DNA of 23,969 bases, taken from positions 1 through 23,969 of the forward strand of contig DASXQR010000198.1 in the NCBI GenBank assembly GCA_036507075.1, in the 5' to 3' direction. A program made the translations under genes and the position numbers. Positions 8,305 through 16,173 of the stretch are shown one piece after another. Within the stretch, counting starts at the first letter, position 1; each line of letters begins with the position of its first letter. This DNA comes from Acidobacteriota bacterium. GTDB taxonomy: Bacteria; Acidobacteriota; UBA6911; JACQSX01. The notes under the pieces are model-generated. The model was given only the letters and a program-made list of their open reading frames with translations, ran no database searches and had not been told where the DNA came from.

Positions 8305-11300
8305 TCAAAAATTCACGCGCAATTCAGCGCTCATGGTGCGTGAGCCGTCCGCAGCTTCCAGGCGGCTGCGCATGAGCGTGATTTTCCCGACGGTGGCCGG
8401 CACGGAAATGTTCGACGGCGGCACATCGAAATTAGGGTGATTGAACACGTTAAGGATGTTCATCTGAAATTGCACGTTGACGCTCTCATTCAGATACAAA
8501 CGCTTCAGCAGGCTGAAATGCTGCACGTTCAGGCCGGGACCCTCCAGTATGTTCCTGCCCGCATTCCCGAACCGGCCGCGGTTTGCGGCCGGAACCATGA
8601 AAGCAGCCCTGTCGAACCAGCGGTTTACATTTCTTTGACCAGCCGGCAGATTCCCGTCGGCGATTCGGTCGGGCCGGCCTCCGGTTGCGCCCGTCCCGGA
8701 AATGTCCACGCCCGAAAAGCCAGGAGTAAAGAACCTTCCGGTTTCAAAGTACATGAGACTGGAAACTGCCCAGCCACCGGCAAACTGGTTCAGCAGCGAG
8801 GGCATGCTGGAAAGATAACGCCGACCGCGCCCGACTGGCAATTCATAAATCAAAGCTCCATTGACGCGGTGCCGCACCGAGTAAGACTCCCGGCCCCGCT
8901 CCGCCCTGCGGTTAAAAGGGTTTTCAATGACCGGGCCTGCATCATTGCGGGCATCCTCGACATCGCTCAGGAGATTCGCGTAGGTCCATGCGGCCTGGAA
9001 ATAGAATCCCGCGCCGAATCTCCTTTCCGCGTCCAGTTGCAGCGCATGATAAATCGAATTGCCGCCGTTGTCGGCAAACAGCACGCTGCCAAATTGCGGA
9101 AACGGCCGGCGCGCGTTCGAAAAAGGGGTGGCGCTCGGAAGCGGAACATTCAGCTCGCGCCGAAAGCCGAGCTGTGTTGATTTGGTCCCGATGTAAGAAG
9201 CGCGAATGCCGATCTGACGCGGAAGCTCACGCTCGATGCTCAAGTTCCATTGCTGCACGTACGGATTTCGGAAATTCCGGTTGATGCCGGCAGCGCTGAT
9301 CGTTCCGATGCTTCCGGCGGCGCCAAAGGGGCTGGGAAGCGTGAACACGGGCCGGCGCTTGTCGCTATTGCGAAATTCCTCGGAGAATCCGAAGAGCGGC
9401 GCGTTGATGTCGCGCTGAGGAGGAGTAAGCGATACTCCCAGACTGTCGACGAAAACTCCATAACCGGCGCGCACCACGGTGACATTGTTGGGGCGTACCG
9501 CGATGCCCACGCGGGGAAAGATATTGTTCTTATCCGGTTGTCGAAGGGTCTGCGGAAATCCCGCTTCCTTCGCGCCGACGACTTTGATGCTGGAGGGGAG
9601 CAGCGGATTGATCCGGCCGGACGAAAGGGTTCGGTCAGGCACAACCAGGCGCATCGCAGCAGGATCGAGGTTGTACATCAGGCCGTCTTTATCGACCGGG
9701 GCAAATTCGTATTCGTAGCGGGCGCCCAGATTCAAGGTGATTCTGGGACTCAGCTTCCAGTCGTCCTGGGCAAAGAGGTTCCATTGAGTTCCGCGTAGAT
9801 AAGTTGCGCCGCGGTACGTGGAGCGCGAAGACCGCTCCGGCAGACCAAGCAAAAAGTCAGCGTACGCCTGGCCGGTGAAAAACCCGCTGAAATTGAAACT
9901 TCCGAAAAAAGGCAGCGGCAAATCGACGCCATTGGCATGCGTGCGCTCCACGTCGGTCCCAAACTTGAAAGAGTGGCCTGAGCGCGTCCAGGTGACAGTT
10001 TCTGTGAGCTGGTAAACTGCCTGCACGTCGACGGTGTGATTCACTGAACTGACCGGAGTCAGCCCGGTGACCAGGAACTGGGGCATCCCGCGAAGACCTG
10101 CGCCGCCCGCCACTCCCTGGACCCCGATGAAATTAAGCACATCCTGACCGTTCAGCGGGCCCAGGACTTGATTGGGGCTTCGTTGAAAACCATACCGGAA
10201 CTCGTTGATCAGCCGGTCTGAGATGACGTGCGTGTCGGAAAGGATGAAGCTGGAACCGCGGCGGTAACCGTTTCGAAGACCGATGGTGGGCAGGTTTTCC
10301 ACCGGCTGCTGCGGGCCGCCGCGCCAGGCGTAACGCGTGTACAACATATTCTTGTCGCTCAGTTTCTGATCAATCCTTCCCTCAAAACGGTTGGTCAGAT
10401 TCTCCCGATCCATCAGATCTCTGAAATTCCCGCTGGTGAGAACGTTCGTATTGCCGAAGTTCGGGAGCGGAAAAAACCGCTGCTGTACGCGAAGGGAAAC
10501 AGCATTCAGTCGCGCCTCAGGAACGAGGTTTCCTGCAAACGCTGTTCCGGTCTGAGGATCGATGATTGCCGCAGAGAACTGCGAAAAGTCACCGCGGCGC
10601 ATTGGCAGGGATGGCACGGTAGCGTTGACTTCATTGCTGCCTGGAATGCGGGTCCCCCAGAAAGAAACCATGAAAAACGTGCGGTTGTGCCCGTCATACA
10701 CAGCAGGGACAAAAACAGGACCGCCGAACGCGGCACCAAAGGTGTGAGTCTTTGTCTTGGGTTTTTGGGGTACAAAGAAATTCCGGGCATTCAGTGCCGA
10801 GTTGCTGTGATAGTAAAACAAGTTTCCATGCAAATCATTCGTCCCCGATTTGGTCACAACAGAAATAACTCCCGGTGAAGCGAACTCGGCGCTGTTGTTC
10901 GCCGAATGGATCTTCAATTCCGACGTCATTTCAAGCGTGTTCTGAGTTCCAGTGAGTGGAGTGGCAAACGTCCGCGGGCTGGTGATCCCGTCGATGGCAT
11001 ACTCGCTCTGGGCGGCGCGGCTGCCGTTGAACGAAAATGTGAATATCGACGAACTCTGCACGCCGGGCGCCGTCATGATGTAAGCCAGCGCTTCTCCGGT
11101 GGCCACCGCTGGCAGCTCGTCAAGCTGGCGCGCCGTTCGCTGGCTGACAATCTGAGCGTCCTCGGTGTGCAGCAGAGGCGTCGCAGCCGTGACCTCAACC
11201 TTGGTGGTCTGCTCACCCACTTCCATGGCGACGTCGATGCGTACGGTGGCCCGACTTTCAACGACGATGCCGTCCCGCACAAAAGTCTTGAAGCCCGGCA

Positions 11301-11550
11301 GTTCGGCGCTTACGCGGTAGGTCCCGGGCAACAGGTTGGTTGCCTCATAGGCGCCGTTTTCGCCGGAAAGCACCGTCCTGCTGATGCCGGTATTTGTGTT
11401 GGTGACAGCGAGAGAGACCCCCGGAATCACCGCCTTGGTGGCATCAGAGACGGTTCCGACAATGACGCCGTGGGTCGACTGGGCGGAAAGCAGGCCTCCG
11501 ATCAAAACCGTTACAGTATAAAGGGCTATGAAACTTCTCAGGATCTGCAT
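8305..11550 (-). CDS. TonB-dependent receptor, Oar-like, with N-terminal carboxypeptidase-regulatory-like domain
   Basis: ATG 11550 preceded by AAGGAGG; GVIVGTVSDATKAVIPG, VVTKSGTNDLHG, FAQDDWKLSPRITLNLGARYE, NVFNHPNF; C-terminal Phe (LRVNF). Confidence 0.92.
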   Translation of the reverse strand: MQILRSFIALYTVTVLIGGLLSAQSTHGVIVGTVSDATKAVIPGVSLAVTNTNTGISRTVLSGENGAYEATNLLPGTYRVSAELPGFKTFVRDGIVVESRATVRIDVAMEVGEQTTKVEVTAATPLLHTEDAQIVSQRTARQLDELPAVATGEALAYIMTAPGVQSSSIFTFSFNGSRAAQSEYAIDGITSPRTFATPLTGTQNTLEMTSELKIHSANNSAEFASPGVISVVTKSGTNDLHGNLFYYHSNSALNARNFFVPQKPKTKTHTFGAAFGGPVFVPAVYDGHNRTFFMVSFWGTRIPGSNEVNATVPSLPMRRGDFSQFSAAIIDPQTGTAFAGNLVPEARLNAVSLRVQQRFFPLPNFGNTNVLTSGNFRDLMDRENLTNRFEGRIDQKLSDKNMLYTRYAWRGGPQQPVENLPTIGLRNGYRRGSSFILSDTHVISDRLINEFRYGFQRSPNQVLGPLNGQDVLNFIGVQGVAGGAGLRGMPQFLVTGLTPVSSVNHTVDVQAVYQLTETVTWTRSGHSFKFGTDVERTHANGVDLPLPFFGSFNFSGFFTGQAYADFLLGLPERSSRSTYRGATYLRGTQWNLFAQDDWKLSPRITLNLGARYEYEFAPVDKDGLMYNLDPAAMRLVVPDRTLSSGRINPLLPSSIKVVGAKEAGFPQTLRQPDKNNIFPRVGIAVRPNNVTVVRAGYGVFVDSLGVSLTPPQRDINAPLFGFSEEFRNSDKRRPVFTLPSPFGAAGSIGTISAAGINRNFRNPYVQQWNLSIERELPRQIGIRASYIGTKSTQLGFRRELNVPLPSATPFSNARRPFPQFGSVLFADNGGNSIYHALQLDAERRFGAGFYFQAAWTYANLLSDVEDARNDAGPVIENPFNRRAERGRESYSVRHRVNGALIYELPVGRGRRYLSSMPSLLNQFAGGWAVSSLMYFETGRFFTPGFSGVDISGTGATGGRPDRIADGNLPAGQRNVNRWFDRAAFMVPAANRGRFGNAGRNILEGPGLNVQHFSLLKRLYLNESVNVQFQMNILNVFNHPNFDVPPSNISVPATVGKITLMRSRLEAADGSRTMSAELRVNF

Positions 11551-11825
11551 AACTTCCTCCTTGGACAAAAGCCTTGGACAATTTCAGGCGGGCGCCCGGC
11601 GCAGCTTCTTCTTTGGTGGTTAAAAAAATCGGTGTGGGAGTCAGGCGACTCCCTGGTAATGCCGGTGTCGAGGCAGCGGAGCAACACGCTTTTCCATAAG
11701 AATCCAGACAGGGTTGGATCTTAAGCTTTATCCACCTACCTGAGATCAATGCAGTATGTTGCGGTAACTTAACGGTAAGCTGGCCCCGATGCAGGTGTTT
11801 GGCGTGCTCCACCCACGTCAGTACC

Positions 11826-12015
11826 GCGGGCGTTAGCCCGTGTGAAAAAATCGACGCCACCGGGCTTGTCCCGGTGGTGAGGACGATTCTTCACTAGAGC
11901 GTGTGCCCAAGAATACTTCACCGAACACTGTAGGGTTTGCGCCCTAGTGAAAAATCGCGTTCACCACCGGGACAAAGTCCGGTGGCGTCGATTTTTTCAC
12001 AGGTTCTCAGCCCGC
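11826..12015. mobile_element. Putative non-autonomous MITE/REPIN-like element with about 60-bp inverted arms, each with an internal hairpin
   Basis: tgtgaaaaaatcgacgccaccgggcttgtcccggtggtga..cttcactag (11841-11901) versus ctagtgaa..tcaccaccgggacaaagtccggtggcgtcgattttttcaca (11940-12001). The palindrome is directly seen; mobility is inferred. Confidence 0.6.
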
Positions 12016-12083
12016 CGTTCTGACATAGATGCTGATAGTGAATTTGATAGAATGTGCCTTTTTTGCGGCGCGCTTAGGGATCA

Positions 12084-13028
12084 ATGAGACTTGGATCTAT
12101 GAGAAGAACGGTTGCTCTTTGCCTCCTGATTGCAAGCGCAGGCCTGATGATTTCCGCCGGCGATGTTCGCGGCAAGTCGCCCGCGCTCGGCATTCTGATC
12201 CTGGCCCACGGCCACGAAAAAATCTGGAACAACCAGATTGAAGAAGTTGCAAGACAACTTCCCTTTAGCGCCGAAGTAGCGCTGGGTATGGCGCACAGAA
12301 ATTCCATCCAAGCCGCGCTGCTCCGATTGCAAAGGCGCGGGGTGCAGAAGATCGCAGTAGTCCCGCTGTTCGTTTCCAGCTACAGCCCGATTATTCGCGC
12401 CAGCGCTTATCTGCTTGGTCTGGCCGCTGAAAGGCCTCCGGAGCTGGAAATGTTCAATAATATGTCACACGGGCTGCAGGATCCGCATCGTGGACTCGGT
12501 GATGATGCGCCCGAGCTCACACCGATCCGCGCGGACGTTCCAGTAAAGATGACTTCAGCTCTGGACGACCATCCTCTGGTGGCGCAGATCCTGGCGGATC
12601 GCGCGCGCAGCATCAGCCGTAATCCCCGGCACGAAACCGTTATTCTCGTGGGACATGGTCCGGTTTCTGAAATTGACAACCGGCGCTGGCTGGAAAACAT
12701 GGACCGTCTGGCCATCCGGCTAAGAAACGAGTGCGGCTTTTTCGAGGTACAGGCCCGCACGCTGATGCAGGATGCACCGGCAAACCTGAGAGATCAAGCA
12801 GCAGCCACACTGCGACTGAACGTCCGGTCGGCTGCACGACGAGGAGATGTTCTGCTGGTGCCGTTGCTGCTCAGCCGCGGCGGTATCGAACATCAGTTGA
12901 AGACGATCCTGTCCGGGTTGAGATTTCGGATGCCGGAAAAATTTCTCCTGCCGGATGCCCGTATTGCGCGCTGGATAGCTGAGCAGGCAGAGTCGGCAGA
13001 CAGGCAGATTTCATTGGAAACGAAATAG
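12084..13028 (+). CDS. Secreted two-domain CbiX/SirB-like (class II) chelatase-fold protein
   Basis: Signal peptide (RRTVALCLLIASAGLMISA); domain 1 ILILAHG...IAVVPLFVS; linker ALDDHPLVAQILADRA; domain 2 VILVGHG...LLVPLLLS. Alternative start 12099. Confidence 0.8.
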   Translation: MRLGSMRRTVALCLLIASAGLMISAGDVRGKSPALGILILAHGHEKIWNNQIEEVARQLPFSAEVALGMAHRNSIQAALLRLQRRGVQKIAVVPLFVSSYSPIIRASAYLLGLAAERPPELEMFNNMSHGLQDPHRGLGDDAPELTPIRADVPVKMTSALDDHPLVAQILADRARSISRNPRHETVILVGHGPVSEIDNRRWLENMDRLAIRLRNECGFFEVQARTLMQDAPANLRDQAAATLRLNVRSAARRGDVLLVPLLLSRGGIEHQLKTILSGLRFRMPEKFLLPDARIARWIAEQAESADRQISLETK

Positions 13029-13039
13029 GAGGTTGGCGG

Positions 13040-13216
13040 ATGCCGTTTAGTCTTTGGTGGGTTGGATTGGCGCTCTCCCTGATGGGGTTCGTTTTGCTGG
13101 CTGTAACCACTGTTTTCGAACTTTCAATAATCCCGCAAAGAATCCGTCCCTATGCGTTCTGGGCCGCCCTGTTGTTGTTTATGATGGGCGTCTCGCTTTC
13201 CGTAATTTTCACCTAG
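13040..13216 (+). CDS. Small two-TM membrane protein, 58 aa (not in ORF track)
   Basis: AGGAGG overlapping the chelatase stop codon, ATG 13040, TAG 13214-13216; MPFSLWWVGLALSLMGFVLLAVTTVFELSIIPQRIRPYAFWAALLLFMMGVSLSVIFT. Confidence 0.72.
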   Translation: MPFSLWWVGLALSLMGFVLLAVTTVFELSIIPQRIRPYAFWAALLLFMMGVSLSVIFT

Positions 13217-13247
13217 TACTTAGTTTCAAAAATTCGAGTAAGAATTT

Positions 13248-13403
13248 TTTAACCACAAAGGCACAAAGAGCACGAAGTAAGACGTGGGGCAGGCAGAGGC
13301 CGGTCAGTGTCCAAGAGTGACAGCGGTCAAGGGCTTTTCAAGCTGACCGGCCTCTGCCTGCCGCACGTCTTCCCTTTGTGTCCTTCGTGTCTTTGTGGTT
13401 AAA
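13248..13403. repeat. Long composite palindrome (about 60-bp arms) with CACAAAG-type outer units
   Basis: tttaaccacaaaggcacaaagagcacgaag-taagacgtggggcaggcagaggccggtcag / ctgaccggcctctgcctgccgcacgtctt-ccctttgtgtccttcgtgtctttgtggttaaa, with a 35-nt spacer. Confidence 0.9.
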
Positions 13404-13433
13404 GTTTCATGCCCGAACTTTTGCAATAAGACT

Positions 13434-13601
13434 TCACTTAGGTTCCGCGCCTTCGATTTCTCTCAATTCCCTCTCCAGCTCCTCTGCAAAGATCACCCAA
13501 CTGGCGCTGGCCAAGCCCGATGCCTTCTCCAATTCCCGATACAGTTGCACCAGCCGATCAAAAGCTTCCGCCTTTTGACGAATGACTTTTTCATTGTCCA
13601 T
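13434..13601 (-). CDS. Small acidic helical hypothetical protein, 55 aa (not in ORF track)
   Basis: ATG 13601, TGA 13436-13434; MDNEKVIRQKAEAFDRLVQLYRELEKASGLASASWVIFAEELERELREIEGAEPK; amphipathic helical composition; weak GGCGG RBS; fills the gap between the repeat and the ferredoxin promoter. Confidence 0.62.
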   Translation of the reverse strand: MDNEKVIRQKAEAFDRLVQLYRELEKASGLASASWVIFAEELERELREIEGAEPK

Positions 13602-13617
13602 CGCAAACCGCCGTCGC

Positions 13618-13647
13618 TTGCCCGTGAAATCTTAAAAATGCCATAAT
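13618..13647 (+). promoter_or_regulatory. Putative sigma70 promoter (extended -10) for the ferredoxin gene
   Basis: TTGCCC (13618-13623), 18 nt, TG-n-CATAAT (13639-13647) in an AT-rich divergent gap. Confidence 0.35.
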
Positions 13648-13659
13648 AATAACTCTGAA

Positions 13660-13974
13660 ATGGCTGACAAAAAACTCACCACCAGACGGAAGCGAAAACC
13701 CAACGAGATCGCCGTAATTAATGAATGCTGCACCGGATGTGCCGGTTCTCCTGCCTGCCAGCCCTATTGTCCGGTGGAGAACTGCATGATCTGGATCGAA
13801 GACGATCAGATGGCTTCCGGGCGAATCTGGGTGGACCCTCACCAATGTATCGGCTGCAGAAAGTGCATCAGTAAAGGCCCTGCCGGAACCTTTCTGGATG
13901 GCTGTCCCTGGGACGCTATCGACATGGTTCCACTGGAAGAATACGAAGCAAAATACGGCGAACTCTCTTTCTAG
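13660..13974 (+). CDS. 2x[4Fe-4S] dicluster ferredoxin-like protein
   Basis: CCTGCAGSPACQPYCP and CIGCRKC-x12-CPWDAI motifs. Confidence 0.88.
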   Translation: MADKKLTTRRKRKPNEIAVINECCTGCAGSPACQPYCPVENCMIWIEDDQMASGRIWVDPHQCIGCRKCISKGPAGTFLDGCPWDAIDMVPLEEYEAKYGELSF

Positions 13975-13980
13975 ATGTTG

Positions 13981-14222
13981 GTCCGTTGTCAGTGGTCCGT
14001 TGTCAGCGGCTGGGTTGCGAGTTGGCGGGTTGGCGGGGTACGGGTTGGCAGAGTTTGCGAGTTCCGAGTTATGGATTGTCGAACTGAGGAATTCGAAATT
14101 CAAACTTGAACGCGTTTTCAATTACTTAATTTGGGATTTTCCCTCTCTAACCCAAAAACTCGTAACCCGATAACCCGGCAACCCGCAACCCGACCACGGA
14201 CAACGGACCACTGACAACGGAC
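13981..14222. repeat. Nested inverted arrays of about 7-bp units (two families) around an AT-rich core
   Basis: Outer gtccgttgtcagtggtccgttgtc (13981-14004) / gacaacggaccactgacaacggac (14199-14222), a perfect 24-bp inverted repeat; inner (gc)gggtt/gagtt units 14012-14070 versus aacccg/aactcg units 14149-14192. Confidence 0.85.
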
Positions 14223-14243
14223 GCTATTGGGACCTCCGACTTC

Positions 14244-16043
14244 TCAGGATTTCGCTACGGCGTTTGATGCCTGGCTGAACTGGATTTCGTAGAGTTGCGA
14301 GTAGAGTCCGCCCTTCCGCAGCAGTTCTTCATGTTTTCCCTGCTCGACGAGCGTCCCGTCCTGCAGCACGAAAATCACATCCGCGCGCGCAACAGTGGCG
14401 AGCCGGTGGGCGATCAGGATCGACGTCCTGCCTTCCATCAGGCGATCCAGCGCTTCAAATACCAGTTGCTCGGAAGCGGCGTCCAGTCCGGATGTCGGCT
14501 CGTCCATGATCAATATTGGGGAATCGCGGATCAATGCGCGCGCAATGGCGATCCTCTGGCGCTGCCCGCCCGACAGAGTCACACCGCGCTCGCCTACCAT
14601 TGTGTCGTACCCTTCCGGCATCTTTTCGATGAATTCATGGGCATTTGCCAATGTGGCTGCCTTTATGATCTCTTCGCGGCTCGCCTCGGGCTTTCCGTAG
14701 GCGATGTTCTGCCAAACAGGCGCGCGAAACAGAAGGTTTTCCTGAAGCACAAAGCTGACCTGCTTGCGAACCGACTTGATCTTGTACTTGCGAACATCCA
14801 TCCCATCAATCTTCACTTCTCCATCGGTGGGATCGTAGAAACGCGGGATAAGGCTGATCAAAGTTGTTTTACCTGCGCCCGTCGGACCCACCAGTGCGGC
14901 AACTTGTCCCGGCTCGATGTTGAGCGTTACTCCCTTAAGTATCAAACTTTCCGGCGTGTATCCGAATGAGACCCGGTTGAATTCGATTTTGCCTTTGAAT
15001 TCAGGCGCGCGTCGTGCACCGGGGAGGTTTCGGACCTGGCGTTCTGTTTCCAGGACTTCCTTGATCCTCTCAAAGCCGACCGAGGCCTTTGAGAGTGTGT
15101 CTGTCATCTTGGACAGCTCGCGCATCGGTTTGTACATCTTGCCCAGATAAAGCAGGAACACAACCAACGCTCCCACTGTAAGCGCTCCGCTGAGCACCAG
15201 GCGGGCGCCGTACCACAGAACCAGGCACGTGCCGACGGCCACGATGATTTCGACCGTGGGCGCCAGTTTGGCCTTGATGCTGCGCGCGCGCAGGGCTATC
15301 TCCACGTTCTCCAGGCTTTGCTCCTCGAATCTCCGCTCTTCGTAGCTCTCGCGCGCAAACGCCTTTACGACGCGGATGGAGGAAAAGACCTCCTGTACAA
15401 CGGAAATTATTTCGCTCTCTTTTTTCCTCACCGCTCGCGAAGCTTTTTTTATGCGATGCGTAAAACGATAGACCACCAAAAACAAGACCGGCGCTACCGA
15501 CAAAGCAATCAGCGTAAAACGCCAGTTCAGATAAAACATCACCGCCAGCATCCCCACCAGGGTGAGCACATTGACCGTGACCCCCAGCAGTGCCTGAGAA
15601 ACGAAATCCTGAATGGCATCGATATCGCCTGTGACGCGGCTGATCAAATCTCCGGTTTTCTGCTGATCGTAGAAGGAAAGGGAGAGGCGCTGAATGTGGT
15701 GATACAGCGTCTTGCGTAAATCGTGCATCACCCACTGTCCCACGGTCGTAGTCAAATACTTCTCCGTGTAGGAGCTGATCGCTCCGACCAATGCAATCAC
15801 CACCACCGCAGCAGCGGCAAAATTCAGAGCCGCCAGTTTATCTCCTTCAAAGACTGACTGTACGGCTGATGCCAGAACCGGCGGCATATGCTTGTCGCCG
15901 ATCACGTTATCCAGCACTATTTTCAGCGGCCAGGGTTCGAGCAAATCGGTGATGCTCTCTGCGATGACAGCCAGCAGCGCCACCAGCAGCGTTTTCCAGT
16001 GCGGTCGAAGCAGGTACGTCAGCCTGAGATCATGGCGGCTCAT
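14244..16043 (-). CDS. ABC exporter, fused permease/ATP-binding subunit (MsbA-like, type IV)
   Basis: N-terminal TM domain; Walker A GPTGAGKT, signature LSGGQRQR, Walker B ILIMDE, H-loop IAHRL. Confidence 0.95.
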   Translation of the reverse strand: MSRHDLRLTYLLRPHWKTLLVALLAVIAESITDLLEPWPLKIVLDNVIGDKHMPPVLASAVQSVFEGDKLAALNFAAAAVVVIALVGAISSYTEKYLTTTVGQWVMHDLRKTLYHHIQRLSLSFYDQQKTGDLISRVTGDIDAIQDFVSQALLGVTVNVLTLVGMLAVMFYLNWRFTLIALSVAPVLFLVVYRFTHRIKKASRAVRKKESEIISVVQEVFSSIRVVKAFARESYEERRFEEQSLENVEIALRARSIKAKLAPTVEIIVAVGTCLVLWYGARLVLSGALTVGALVVFLLYLGKMYKPMRELSKMTDTLSKASVGFERIKEVLETERQVRNLPGARRAPEFKGKIEFNRVSFGYTPESLILKGVTLNIEPGQVAALVGPTGAGKTTLISLIPRFYDPTDGEVKIDGMDVRKYKIKSVRKQVSFVLQENLLFRAPVWQNIAYGKPEASREEIIKAATLANAHEFIEKMPEGYDTMVGERGVTLSGGQRQRIAIARALIRDSPILIMDEPTSGLDAASEQLVFEALDRLMEGRTSILIAHRLATVARADVIFVLQDGTLVEQGKHEELLRKGGLYSQLYEIQFSQASNAVAKS

Positions 16044-16080
16044 CAGTTTTGTCCTAGTTAAATTATACCCACACAGCCGT

Positions 16081-16173
16081 GGGCACGAATTTCACGAATT
16101 ACACGAATTTCACGAATCTTTTAGCTCACTTCGTGCAATTCGTGGAAATTCGTGATCACGAAAATTCGTGCTC
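16081..16173. repeat. Inverted tandem array of 9-bp CACGAATTH units
   Basis: gggcacgaatttcacgaattacacgaatttcacgaat ... ttcgtgcaattcgtggaaattcgtg...aattcgtgctc; abuts the stop codon at 16172-16174. Confidence 0.9.

Noticed and set aside
4712..11724. Numerous 60-270 aa plus-strand ORFs opposite the two receptors
   Set aside because: Antisense shadow ORFs typical of GC-rich coding DNA, with no recognisable motifs.
11551..11830. Cobalamin riboswitch upstream of the TonB-dependent receptor or chelatase
   Set aside because: The context is suggestive, but I cannot find the conserved GGGAA...GCCACTG / B12-box arrangement in the correct orientation; an Rfam scan would be decisive.
13054..13646. Track ORFs 13054..13320, 13378..13578 and 13395..13646 (and 13591..14121 on the minus strand)
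   Set aside because: They lack an RBS or protein-like composition, and run through repeats or antisense to better ORFs (13040-13216, 13434-13601 and the ferredoxin).
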